From positions 1-62,900 of IMG/VR virus record IMGVR_UViG_3300031857_000168: 62,900 nucleotides of DNA, one strand, 5' to 3'. The DNA comes from a virus. Taxonomy: Duplodnaviria; Caudoviricetes. The notes below the pieces were generated by a model. That model was given only the letters and a program-made list of their open reading frames with translations. It ran no database searches and had not been told where the DNA came from. Shown here one piece after another: positions 8,627-18,121 of the stretch (the first letter of the stretch is position 1; every line of letters begins with the position of its first letter). The position numbers and the translations under genes are program-made.

Positions 8627-10089
8627 ATCTAGCAAACATCGACATCACGAAGCTGAGCGAAGACGACAAGCGCGAGTTGTATGATTTGCTGCGGTTGAAA
8701 GACATCCGCGCAAAACGCAATCGCCTGTCAACGTACAAGCCCTACGCCAAACAGATGGACTTCCACGCGGCCGGGGCGAGCTTTCGTGAGCGCTTGTTCA
8801 TGGCAGGTAACCAGCTAGGCAAGACGTGGGCCGGTGCGTTTGAAGCTGCGATGCACGCAACCGGGCGCTACCCTGCTTGGTGGACCGGCCGCCGCTTCCC
8901 ATATGCGACTCGAAGCATGGTTGGGTCCGAATCTGGCGAACTGACTCGAAAGGGCGTGCAGCGTTTGCTGCTTGGGCCGCCTGAGATTCGGGAAGAGTGG
9001 GGCACCGGCGCCATACCGTATGACTGCGTGCGCGATACCAGCATGAAGGCCGGCGTGCCTGACGCCGTGTCCAGCATTGTGGTGCGCCACGTGTGTGGCG
9101 AAGACAGCGTAATCCAATTTAACTCATACGATCAGGGCCGCACGAAGTGGCAGGCTGACACGGTCGACTTCGTCTGGTTTGACGAAGAACCGCCACCGTC
9201 GATTTACTCTGAAGGTTTGACGCGTACAAACGCAACCAACGGTCTGGTGTTTGTGACGTTCACGCCATTGCTGGGTATGTCCGAGGTCGTCAAGCGCTTC
9301 TTGCTGGAGAAGCCGCAGAGCGCTACGACGATCACGATGACGATCGACGATGCCGAGCACTACACGCCCGAGCAACGTGCAGCGATCATCGCGTCTTACC
9401 CTGAGCACGAACGTGAGGCCCGGGCCAAGGGCATTCCGATTCTGGGGTCTGGCCGGGTGTTCCCGATTGTCGAGGACGGCATCAAGGTGCAGGCGTTCCC
9501 GATCCCGCCCCACTGGCCGCGCATCGCTGGCATCGACTTCGGTATCGACCATCCCACCGCTGTGGTGTGGATGGCATGGGACCGTGACGCTGATGTGCTG
9601 TACGTGACTGATTGCTACCGCGTCAAAGACCAGTCGCCGATCATGCACGCCGCCGCTGTTCGTGCCCGGGGTGAGTGGGTGCCAGTGGCTTGGCCGCACG
9701 ACGGTCTGCAGCGCGACAAGGGTTCCGGCGAACAACTGGCAAAGCAATACCGTGATCAGGGCCTAAACCTGACCAAGGACCGCGCCACGTTCGACGATGG
9801 CAGTAACGGCCTTGAAGCCGGTGTGGCCGAGATGCTGGCCCGCATGCAGACCCAGCGCTTGAAGGTCTTCGCGCATTTGCAGGACTGGTTCGAGGAGTTC
9901 CGTCTGTATCACCGCAAGGATGGTTTGATTGTGCGGTTGACGGATGACTTGATGTCTGCAACCCGTTACGCGATGATGATGCGCAGATTTGCAAAGACGC
10001 AGGAAGAAGCAGAAACTCGTCTTCGCCGCAACACCATGCCCGCGCCAGACCTGTCGTTTGGCGTGCTTGATCAAGACATGGGGTATTGA
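8623..10089 (+). CDS. terL: Terminase large subunit (P22-like)
   Basis: AGNQLGKT Walker A, WFDEEPP Walker B, TFTPLLG, GIDFG nuclease, DDLMSATRY. Confidence 0.95.
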   Translation: MNLANIDITKLSEDDKRELYDLLRLKDIRAKRNRLSTYKPYAKQMDFHAAGASFRERLFMAGNQLGKTWAGAFEAAMHATGRYPAWWTGRRFPYATRSMVGSESGELTRKGVQRLLLGPPEIREEWGTGAIPYDCVRDTSMKAGVPDAVSSIVVRHVCGEDSVIQFNSYDQGRTKWQADTVDFVWFDEEPPPSIYSEGLTRTNATNGLVFVTFTPLLGMSEVVKRFLLEKPQSATTITMTIDDAEHYTPEQRAAIIASYPEHEREARAKGIPILGSGRVFPIVEDGIKVQAFPIPPHWPRIAGIDFGIDHPTAVVWMAWDRDADVLYVTDCYRVKDQSPIMHAAAVRARGEWVPVAWPHDGLQRDKGSGEQLAKQYRDQGLNLTKDRATFDDGSNGLEAGVAEMLARMQTQRLKVFAHLQDWFEEFRLYHRKDGLIVRLTDDLMSATRYAMMMRRFAKTQEEAETRLRRNTMPAPDLSFGVLDQDMGY

Positions 10090-10090
10090 G

Positions 10091-10474
10091 ATGCCTGAAG
10101 CCAAAATCGCCAAAGACCCGCATGGGTATCCAGTCGATCTGAAACGCCCCATCGTCACTGACAAAGAAGGGGTTCACACTGAAGTGTCGATCACTGAAAA
10201 GATCGGCGACAAATACGTGAACCTGCCCAGCGTTTGGAATGGCAAGCGTTTGGACCCAAGGAAGAACGAAGACTATGCCGAGATCATGCGCAACTACGAA
10301 TCGGAGAAAAGCCGTGGCTGGAAATTCCCGGAATTCAAAGATGAAAAATCGGCTGTAGACGCAGCCATAGCCCGATCAAATTACATTGGCAAAGTTCGTC
10401 GCAAAGAAATTCTTGACGCAGAGAAGCGCATGTGGGATGACGAGGCTGCCAAACGCAAACAGGCAAAGGATTGA
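10091..10474 (+). CDS. Hypothetical protein
   Basis: ORF directly after TerL; TEVSIT..YVNLPSVW. Confidence 0.65.
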   Translation: MPEAKIAKDPHGYPVDLKRPIVTDKEGVHTEVSITEKIGDKYVNLPSVWNGKRLDPRKNEDYAEIMRNYESEKSRGWKFPEFKDEKSAVDAAIARSNYIGKVRRKEILDAEKRMWDDEAAKRKQAKD

Positions 10475-10476
10475 CC

Positions 10477-10863
10477 ATGGCACAGAATCCATTTAACCCG
10501 GCCACCAACACGGCCAACATCATGTCATCAATGACACCGCAAACGGATCAGTTTGCGAACTTTAGCGGCCAGAACAACCCCTTCAATCCGCAGCCGCCAA
10601 AGCCCACCAGTATTGCAAACGTCAGCGGCAATCAGTTCAAGCTGAACATGCCGGGGGTCTCTGAACAGCCGGACCTGTCGCGCGCCCCTTCAGCGGAACC
10701 TACGGTCAAACCGGTGTCGATGGATGCCGGGGTATCCAGCGGTATGGCTGCGCCGAATCCTAGCGCCCCAGCGCCGGCCATGGCACCGCAGGCGTACTCC
10801 ACCCAGTCAACCCAAGCAGCACAGCAGACAGGCTTGATCCGTGGCGCTGTGAGGCCCGTATAA
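10477..10863 (+). CDS. Low-complexity Pro/Gln/Ala protein
   Basis: AAGGA SD; ends GLIRGA, similar to ends of 13263 and 35164 ORFs. Confidence 0.55.
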   Translation: MAQNPFNPATNTANIMSSMTPQTDQFANFSGQNNPFNPQPPKPTSIANVSGNQFKLNMPGVSEQPDLSRAPSAEPTVKPVSMDAGVSSGMAAPNPSAPAPAMAPQAYSTQSTQAAQQTGLIRGAVRPV

Positions 10864-10878
10864 CCAAGGAAGCACCCT

Positions 10879-13263
10879 ATGCAAAACCAAATTGAAGCCG
10901 TGGACGTCGACATCGAAGTTGAGTACGAAGACCCGGAAGAGCAGCGCGCCAAACTGGAGGAGCGGCTTCAGGTGTTCGGGCACAACCTGTCCAAGCAACG
11001 GGATGAATGGGTTCGCAGCCGCTACGCCTATGGCGTAGACAAGCGCTGGCTGCAAGATGAGGATCAGTACAACGCGAAAGACAACATCAACAAAGCCGCC
11101 AGCCAGATGATGACATCGGTTGAGCAAGGTTATCCAGTTACAACGCAAGGCGCTAAGCCGCATCGTTCGACGGTCTTTATCGGTATGACGCGTCAAAAGA
11201 CGAACGCCGCCGAAGCACGACTGGCCGACATCCTGTTGCCCACAGATGACCGCAACTGGGGCATTCAGCCTACGCCAGACCCGTACTTGTCACAGATGGC
11301 CAAGGACAGCCGACTGGTTGACCAACTGCCACCACAGATCAGTGCCCGGTTCGGCCAACACCTTGGGATGGGGGCGCCGATGCAAATGCAAGCGCCTATG
11401 CCACAGGGCCCGATGCCTACGCCGGCTGCAGCACCGATAACGGTCCCCGGTCAACCGCCTGAGCAAGGTATGCCAATGCCGGGCAATGTCACACAGATGC
11501 AGCCGCCACAAAAGCTGCGGATGAAAGACATCGCGCGGGAAGTGATGGACTTGGCCCAACGTAAAGCCGATGCGATGACCCGCGAGATCGACGACCAGCT
11601 AGTCGAGTGCGACTTCAACGGCGAGCAGCGCAAAATGATCCACGACGCTGCCGTGTTGGGCACCGGCGTGCTGAAGGGCCCGATCGTGATCAACCGCGTG
11701 CGGCGTGCATGGCGCCCATACACCGACATGTCGGGCGCTACCATCCACCAAATCGAGGTCGTCGAAGAGCGCAGCCCAGCTACCTTCCGTGTCGATCCTC
11801 GCAACGTGTGGCCTGATCCTGCATGCGGTGAATCAATCCACAACGGCAAGGGCGTTTACGAACGCGAGCAGCTGACCGCCAAGCAGATTCGCGATCTGGC
11901 CAAGCAGCCCGGGTACATGAAAAATCAACTGCGCAAGGTGTTGGAAGAAGGCCCGAAGAAGTCTGCCACCATGGAAGAGCTGAAGGATGAAGATCAGCGC
12001 GACATGACCAAAGACATCTATGAGCAGTGGACTTATTGGGGTGAGGTTGAATACGATGACATGATTGCCGCAGGCGTAAACCCCGGCGAGCATGACGAGC
12101 TGCGCACCATCAGTGCTTGCGTGGTAATGATCAACAGCACCGTGGTTAAAGCATTTTTGAACCCGCTTGAAGGCGGCGACCTGCCGTACGACTTCTACGT
12201 TTGGGAGAAGGTTGCCGGCTCAGTGTGGGGTTACGGCATCCCTTACCTGATGCGCAGCCAACAGAAGGTCCTGAACGCTGCATGGCGTCAAATGATGGAC
12301 AACTCCGGCGTCAGTTCAGGCCCGCAGATTGTCGTCAAACCCAGCGTCATACGGCCTGCCGACAAACAGTGGCAGCTGTCAGCGCGAAAGATTTGGTACG
12401 CGACAGACGACATGGACGACGTGCGCAAAGCGTTCGCGACGTTCGAGTTCAACAGCCACCAGACAGAGCTGGCCGGCATCATCAAGATGGCCACCGAGTT
12501 GGCAGACGCCGAGACCGGTGTGCCGACCATCACGCAAGGCGAGAAGGGCGCAGCGCCAGACACGGTTGGCGGTATGCAGATGCTGATGAACTCTGCAAAC
12601 GTCGTGCTGCGTCGATTGGTCAAGCAGTTTGATGACATGGTGACCAAGCCACACATCCGTCGCTATTACGACTACAACATGCTTTACAACGAAGACGAAG
12701 AGATCAAAGGTGATTTCACCGTCGACGCGCGCGGTACCAGCGCTCTGTTGGTGCGCGACATCCAGAATCAGGCATTCCTAAACCTGCTGGCCGCCGGTGC
12801 AAACCCTGTGTATGGCATCTATCTCGACACGAAGAAGCTGTTTGAGAAAGCACTGCAAGCGCAGCACATCGACCCGGCCGAAGTTTTCAAACCTGAAGAA
12901 GAGATCGACCAGATCATGGAAGCGCAGAAGAAAGCAGCTGAACAAGGCCCGGGCCCAGACCCGCGCATCGAAGCTGCGAAGCTGCGCGCTCAGGCGGATA
13001 TGCAGAAGGTCCAAGTACAGAACCAAGGCGACCTGCAAGAGCTGCAGCTGCGTCAGGCAATTGCAGAGCAAGAAGCGCAAATGCGCATGGCTGAGATGCA
13101 GATGATGCGTGAGATCGAGATGCTGAAGATGGCCAACCAGCAGAACATCACACTGGAAACCATCAAGGCCCAGCTGGCTGACACTGCGATGAAAGAACGC
13201 AGCAAGAAGGAGCTGTTTGCAGCTGAACAGCAGCTGCGAATTCAGACCGGAGCAGGCATCTGA
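10879..13263 (+). CDS. Portal protein (podovirus type) with C-terminal coiled coil
   Basis: Size and position; DAAVLGTGVLKGP, WGYGIP, TVGGMQMLM. Confidence 0.88.
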   Translation: MQNQIEAVDVDIEVEYEDPEEQRAKLEERLQVFGHNLSKQRDEWVRSRYAYGVDKRWLQDEDQYNAKDNINKAASQMMTSVEQGYPVTTQGAKPHRSTVFIGMTRQKTNAAEARLADILLPTDDRNWGIQPTPDPYLSQMAKDSRLVDQLPPQISARFGQHLGMGAPMQMQAPMPQGPMPTPAAAPITVPGQPPEQGMPMPGNVTQMQPPQKLRMKDIAREVMDLAQRKADAMTREIDDQLVECDFNGEQRKMIHDAAVLGTGVLKGPIVINRVRRAWRPYTDMSGATIHQIEVVEERSPATFRVDPRNVWPDPACGESIHNGKGVYEREQLTAKQIRDLAKQPGYMKNQLRKVLEEGPKKSATMEELKDEDQRDMTKDIYEQWTYWGEVEYDDMIAAGVNPGEHDELRTISACVVMINSTVVKAFLNPLEGGDLPYDFYVWEKVAGSVWGYGIPYLMRSQQKVLNAAWRQMMDNSGVSSGPQIVVKPSVIRPADKQWQLSARKIWYATDDMDDVRKAFATFEFNSHQTELAGIIKMATELADAETGVPTITQGEKGAAPDTVGGMQMLMNSANVVLRRLVKQFDDMVTKPHIRRYYDYNMLYNEDEEIKGDFTVDARGTSALLVRDIQNQAFLNLLAAGANPVYGIYLDTKKLFEKALQAQHIDPAEVFKPEEEIDQIMEAQKKAAEQGPGPDPRIEAAKLRAQADMQKVQVQNQGDLQELQLRQAIAEQEAQMRMAEMQMMREIEMLKMANQQNITLETIKAQLADTAMKERSKKELFAAEQQLRIQTGAGI

Positions 13264-13823
13264 TGGGCGGCAAAGTTCTCAAGCGCGAACTGGAAAGCTA
13301 CGAAAAGGCTTACCAGCAATATTTGCGCCGCGTCCGCGACTACAACAAAGAGTCGAAGGAATACAACAAAGCGGTCGAGTATTACAACGCGTCATTCGTG
13401 ATGGACGAGAATGGGAACAAGCTGGTCTATACGCCGGACAATCAGCTGATGGCGATCAACAGCGAAGGCAATATTGTTTCGGCCAAGTTGCCCAAACCTG
13501 AACCGGTGCAGACCACTACACAGAATCAGTACGGCATGGGGCAAACGCAGACCACGTATACGCCGCCGAATCCATACGAGCCTACCAGCGGTGCCTACGG
13601 TTCTCGTTCGCTTCCTGCGGGTGTTCAAACACTGGACGTCGGCGGCGGTTACAAAGCGCCACGGTCCTATGCGGCTGAAGCGCCCGGCGAGATGCCGGCG
13701 CAGCCGGCACCGCTAAGTATGCAAGCGCCGGACCCCACCCGGGCCCAGCTGCAAAAAGTAAATCAAGCCAATTGGTCCGACATAGAGCGCGGCCTGATTG
13801 GCCAAGTCATCAGGTCTAGATAA
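13263..13823 (+). CDS. Hypothetical virion-associated protein
   Basis: TGATG coupling to portal. Confidence 0.6.
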   Translation: MGGKVLKRELESYEKAYQQYLRRVRDYNKESKEYNKAVEYYNASFVMDENGNKLVYTPDNQLMAINSEGNIVSAKLPKPEPVQTTTQNQYGMGQTQTTYTPPNPYEPTSGAYGSRSLPAGVQTLDVGGGYKAPRSYAAEAPGEMPAQPAPLSMQAPDPTRAQLQKVNQANWSDIERGLIGQVIRSR

Positions 13824-13836
13824 CAAAAAAATAATG

Positions 13837-13924
13837 TTGCATAAATCTGACACTTGGATATAGAATTGGCGCAGGGCCCTTGCGCCCTAATTTTTTGAGG
13901 GAGCCGGTGAAAGCCGGCTTTTTT
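13837..13924 (+). promoter_or_regulatory. Late promoter 2 + GGGCCCTTGCGCCC box + intrinsic terminator
   Basis: TTGCAT-18-TAGAAT; box 13874-13887; AGCCGG..CCGGCT followed by T run. Confidence 0.75.
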
Positions 13925-13929
13925 ATTGC

Positions 13930-14133
13930 ATGAGCGATTATCAATCTGCTACGTGGCACATGTTGCGCCGCTGGGCTGAAGCCCAGCTGCAGGCTTGCCG
14001 CGAAAAGAACGACGCTGTGGGGCTCTCCGACCTAGACACAGCTGTCCTGCGGGGCGAGATTCGCATGCTGAAAAGATTTCTCGACTTGCCCAATGCGGCA
14101 ACTCGGGGTGTGGTGGCTGAGCCGGACGAATAG
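13930..14133 (+). CDS. Small head-module protein (Bbp19-like position)
   Basis: LRGEIRMLKRFLDLP; between portal and scaffold. Confidence 0.65.
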   Translation: MSDYQSATWHMLRRWAEAQLQACREKNDAVGLSDLDTAVLRGEIRMLKRFLDLPNAATRGVVAEPDE

Positions 14134-14176
14134 TCCCGCTTGGTCGTATGAAGTAAACCGCCTCGGCGGTTTTTAA

Positions 14177-15112
14177 ATGGAGAGCAATGTGGAAAATCAA
14201 AATCTGACAACGGAGGAAGCGCAGGATATTTGGAATGAAGAGGCCGCAAAACTCGAAGCCGACGATACGTCGTCCGCTGTAGGGGCATTGGCCAATGTGC
14301 CGGATGAAGAACCGCCACAGATTCAAACCGAAGAACCTGAAAATGCTGTTGAGGCAGCAGCTGAACCCGAGCCGGAAGCTGATCCACTGGCTGGACTTCC
14401 TGAAGTCGTCAAAGCCAAATTGGCAGAGATCGATTTATTGAAGCAAGCCAATGCTCAACTGCTGCACCACGTTAAGACTACTGAAGGTCGCGTGGCCGCA
14501 ATGCAGCGTGAGGCCGAGCAAGCGCGACGTGCCCAACAAGTTGTTGGTGACACGGCAGCGCCAACGCAAGGACAGATCGCTGCCGCTGCAAAGAACCCTG
14601 AAAAATGGGAGCAGCTCAAGCAGGATTTCCCTGAATGGGGTGATGCAGTTGAGGAGTTTGTAAATTCACGTCTTGGTAATGTGCAACAGCAACAGGCTCT
14701 GTCACCGGAACAGGTTGCGAACTTTGTGCAAGCAAAGGTTGCTGAGACCAAAGCTGAAATGTCCAAACTTATGGAAGAGGCCCGAATCGAGGGTAAGTAC
14801 GAGAACTGGAAAACGGTCGTTAACACGCCAGAATTCGCCCAGTGGTATGCCGTACAAAACCCGGAGATTCGTGCTTTGGCTGACAGCACTTCGTCACGGG
14901 ACGCAATTCGCATGCTGGACATGTTCCACGAAACGAAGAAGCGTTCCGCAGCGGATATCAAGCAAGAGCGGGAGCAGCGTCTAGCTGCAGCTGCGACAGG
15001 TAAACCCGGTAACACACCGCCGCCCAAAACTTTGGACGACATGTCACCGGAAGAACTTTGGAACTATGAAGCCGCAAAGCGCGAGAAAACCCGAGCGCAA
15101 CGCGGATTTTAA
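14177..15112 (+). CDS. Capsid scaffolding protein
   Basis: Acidic N-terminus, coiled coils, directly upstream of MCP. Confidence 0.75.
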   Translation: MESNVENQNLTTEEAQDIWNEEAAKLEADDTSSAVGALANVPDEEPPQIQTEEPENAVEAAAEPEPEADPLAGLPEVVKAKLAEIDLLKQANAQLLHHVKTTEGRVAAMQREAEQARRAQQVVGDTAAPTQGQIAAAAKNPEKWEQLKQDFPEWGDAVEEFVNSRLGNVQQQQALSPEQVANFVQAKVAETKAEMSKLMEEARIEGKYENWKTVVNTPEFAQWYAVQNPEIRALADSTSSRDAIRMLDMFHETKKRSAADIKQEREQRLAAAATGKPGNTPPPKTLDDMSPEELWNYEAAKREKTRAQRGF

Positions 15113-15131
15113 TCATTGAAAGGAAATAGCA

Positions 15132-16190
15132 ATGACTATTCAAAATTACTCCACCGTAGCGTCGCGAAACCTAATTCGCGCCGCACAAGGCATGCTGGAG
15201 CATGCACAACCCATCACCGTTCTGGGCGACTTCGGTACCCAGCGCGAGATGCCTCAGAACTCGACAGACACGCTGGTCTTCCGTCGTACGCTGCCGTTCG
15301 GCGCATCGACCACTGGCACCGTGATCGAGGGCTCCAACCGCTACGTCGGCACCCCAAACATCCAAGCATCGAACTTCGTGCTGGCTGAAGGCGTGACCCC
15401 GAACGCCAACACGATCAGCTTCCAAGACGTGTCGGTGCAACTGCAGCAGTACGGTATTCTGTTCAAGTACAGCTCGAAAGTTGAGCAGCTGTACGAAGAC
15501 GACATCCCCGGCGAAATGGTCAAGCTGACTGGCGAGACCCTTGCTGAAGTTATGGAGATGGTCCGTTACGGCGTTCTGAAAGCAGGTTCGACTGTTATCT
15601 ACGCAAACGGTTCCAGCCGTTCTGGTATCAACACCGCTATCAGCCTGAACGCTCTGCGTAAAGCAGCTCGTACACTGGAATCGAACCGTTCGCGTCGCGT
15701 GACTTCGCGTCTCGCCCCCGGCGTGAACTTCGGTACTCGCGCAGTGCAGCCTGCTTACATCGTGTTCGTGCACACCGATGCAGTGTCTGACATTCGTAAT
15801 CTGGCCGGCTTTACCCGAGTCGAAGAGTATGGCTCGTTCAAGCCCATCCACGACCGCGAGATCGGCGCTTGTGAAGACTTCCGCTTCATCAGCTCGCCCC
15901 TGCTGGTTCCGTTCACTGCCGCTGGTTCCAGCACTTTGAATGGCATGCTGTCGGTCGGCGCAGCAAACGTCGACGTGTATCCGTTCATCATCATCGGTGA
16001 AGATGCTTGGGGTCAGGTTGCACTGAAAGGCATGCAGGCTGTTAAGCCGGTCGTCCTGAAAGCTTCCCAGACCAACCACGCCAACCCGCTGGGCCAGTTT
16101 GGCTACGTCGGTGCTTCGACTTGGTTCGCGACTGTGCGTCTGAACGACGCCTTCATGGCCCGTATCGAAGCTGGTGTGACCGCTCTGTAA
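15132..16190 (+). CDS. Major capsid protein, N4-gp56 family
   Basis: LAEGVTP, QYG, EIG, NPLGQFGYVG; strong codon bias; AAGGA SD. Confidence 0.92.
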   Translation: MTIQNYSTVASRNLIRAAQGMLEHAQPITVLGDFGTQREMPQNSTDTLVFRRTLPFGASTTGTVIEGSNRYVGTPNIQASNFVLAEGVTPNANTISFQDVSVQLQQYGILFKYSSKVEQLYEDDIPGEMVKLTGETLAEVMEMVRYGVLKAGSTVIYANGSSRSGINTAISLNALRKAARTLESNRSRRVTSRLAPGVNFGTRAVQPAYIVFVHTDAVSDIRNLAGFTRVEEYGSFKPIHDREIGACEDFRFISSPLLVPFTAAGSSTLNGMLSVGAANVDVYPFIIIGEDAWGQVALKGMQAVKPVVLKASQTNHANPLGQFGYVGASTWFATVRLNDAFMARIEAGVTAL

Positions 16191-16196
16191 TCGAAC

Positions 16197-16215
16197 GCCG
16201 GGGCTTTGCCCCGGC
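16197..16215 (+). terminator. Hairpin after MCP
   Basis: GCCGGGGC-TTT-GCCCCGGC; weak U tract. Confidence 0.45.
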
Positions 16216-16236
16216 ATCATTTGAAAGGAATACACC

Positions 16237-16431
16237 ATGGCTGAAAGCATCAATGCCCGCGTAAATCGGTTGGCGGATGGCATTGATCGTCAGGAACTGG
16301 CGCTTTTGTTAGCGTCCATTCTGACTGATCTGACTGCTATCAAAACCAGCCTGAATCAGTTGCGCACCGACTATAACGCTGCAACCACGCCGACCACGGC
16401 TGCTGCGGTGACTTTGAATACCACTTCCTAA
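16237..16431 (+). CDS. Small virion protein
   Basis: AAGGA SD after MCP. Confidence 0.7.
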   Translation: MAESINARVNRLADGIDRQELALLLASILTDLTAIKTSLNQLRTDYNAATTPTTAAAVTLNTTS

Positions 16432-16446
16432 AGAAGGAGAAGGAAC

Positions 16447-16884
16447 ATGTCTTATAATCTTGAGCAATTTAACAGCGGCTACGTGTCGCTGACCTCCGGT
16501 GCAATCGCCATTACCACCAATAAGGCGAAATTCAAAACCACCGCAACCATCACCTTTCTGTTGAACGGCCTGTTTTACTCGAAGGCTGCTACCGACAATC
16601 TGGTGTTCTCGTCGGGCCACACCTCGCTGGGCGCAAGCCAAGCTTGCCTGTTTGGCTTGTGGCTCGATGCAAGCGGCAACGTGACGACCACCCAAGGTCC
16701 GATCGTTAACGCTGGCGACCCCTGCCCAGTTCCTTCGAACCCGGGCAACCGCGCACTGTTCGGCCTGATCAAGGTTGTGACTGGCGCATCTGGCGCGTTC
16801 GTACCCAATACGACCGAGTTTGATGCTTCCGGCGTTACCACGACCTACATCAACGCTGCAGCAATGCCCGGCACCGCGCAGTAA
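16447..16884 (+). CDS. Putative capsid decoration/cement protein
   Basis: AAGGAG SD; Thr/Gly-rich beta protein after MCP. Confidence 0.55.
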   Translation: MSYNLEQFNSGYVSLTSGAIAITTNKAKFKTTATITFLLNGLFYSKAATDNLVFSSGHTSLGASQACLFGLWLDASGNVTTTQGPIVNAGDPCPVPSNPGNRALFGLIKVVTGASGAFVPNTTEFDASGVTTTYINAAAMPGTAQ

Positions 16885-16919
16885 CTTAGCTGTTGCCGTC
16901 CTCTCTAACCAGAGGGTTT

Positions 16920-16954
16920 GCAGGCCGTCCATTTTTTGGGCGGCCTGCTTTTTT
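16920..16954 (+). terminator. Rho-independent terminator
   Basis: GCAGGCCGTCC..GGGCGGCCTGC-TTTTTT. Confidence 0.75.
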
Positions 16955-16984
16955 GGCAGTCACTTCAACATAAGGAAAATAACG

Positions 16985-17407
16985 ATGGCAAAGAAACCAG
17001 CAGTACAAGGCATTGAAATTCTTGATGACGAGCCTGTCGTCGAAACCGTGGCTGAAAGCAAAGACTTTAATCAGCTTGCTTCTGATGAGTCTTTTATGAA
17101 CGAGCACGTTACAGTGCTTGTGCATTCAACTACTGACGAGAACCAAGCCCCGCATATCATCGTTAATTGCAACGGTGTAAATCAGCCGATTGTTCGCGGT
17201 GTACCTACTCAGATCCGCCGCAAGTATCTGGAAATCTTGGCCCGCATGAAAGAAACCAAGTATACCCAGCGTACGCTAAATCCGGCTGCACCTGATCAAA
17301 TAGAAATGATTGCGCGTCATGGTCTTGCCTACCCTTTTGAAGTTGTGGAAGACAAGAACCCTCGTGGCCGTGCTTGGCTATCAAACGTAATGGCTGAACC
17401 CGCTTAA
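16985..17407 (+). CDS. Hypothetical head-associated protein
   Basis: TAAGGA SD; VNCNGV..IVRG motif. Confidence 0.7.
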   Translation: MAKKPAVQGIEILDDEPVVETVAESKDFNQLASDESFMNEHVTVLVHSTTDENQAPHIIVNCNGVNQPIVRGVPTQIRRKYLEILARMKETKYTQRTLNPAAPDQIEMIARHGLAYPFEVVEDKNPRGRAWLSNVMAEPA

Positions 17408-17419
17408 TCAGGAGCCAAC

Positions 17420-18112
17420 GTGAATTTTCTACAGCTTATCAATCGCACGCGAGTAGAGTGTGGCGTGTCTGGCGCCAGCGTGCCATTGACAAGCGTCACT
17501 AATCTTACCGGTGAATCTGCAAGGGTCGCTGGCTGGGTTAATAGTGCTTGGATGGATATCCAGACAGTGAAAGGCGATTGGCAGTGGATGCGCCAGCCGT
17601 TTGAATTTAACACTGTATCCCAGCAGCAGTTTTACACTGCAGCACAAGCCGGGGTAGGAAGTTCATTTGCAAACTGGAAGCGTGATTCATTCCGCTGCTC
17701 ATCGGTCGGTAATTTTTACCGCGATGAGCAGTTGATGAATTACATGGACTACACCGTTTTTCGTAATCTGTACATGTACGCCAACATGCGAACTACGTAC
17801 ACGCGGCCGGTCGTAGTCACTATTGATCCGACAAAACGCCTTGGCTTTGGCGCCATACCTGATATCCCTTACGTAATCAGCGGTGAGTATTACATCAAGC
17901 CAACAGAGTTTGTGCTTGAAACAGATGCGCCTCCTGATGCATTCCCTGATCGCTACCATATGACTATCGTTTATCGCGCGATGATGTTCTACGCCGGTTA
18001 CGAAGCCGCGCCAGAAGTTTTCCAAAAAGGCGAAATGGAATTTAAGCGGATGATGAATAACCTTGATATTGATCAATTGCCGGATACGGTAAGCGGACCA
18101 CCGCTGGCTTAA
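17420..18112 (+). CDS. Head-tail adaptor / tail tubular protein A
   Basis: MNFLQLINR start, PDRYHMTIVYRA; position. Confidence 0.75.
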   Translation: MNFLQLINRTRVECGVSGASVPLTSVTNLTGESARVAGWVNSAWMDIQTVKGDWQWMRQPFEFNTVSQQQFYTAAQAGVGSSFANWKRDSFRCSSVGNFYRDEQLMNYMDYTVFRNLYMYANMRTTYTRPVVVTIDPTKRLGFGAIPDIPYVISGEYYIKPTEFVLETDAPPDAFPDRYHMTIVYRAMMFYAGYEAAPEVFQKGEMEFKRMMNNLDIDQLPDTVSGPPLA

Positions 18113-18121
18113 GGACATAAC

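Noticed and set aside
15171-16283. 370-aa antisense ORF over the capsid gene (and similar long antisense ORFs over TerL, primase and tail fibre)
   Set aside because: Mirror-frame openness expected from strongly biased codons; no SD and no protein-like motifs
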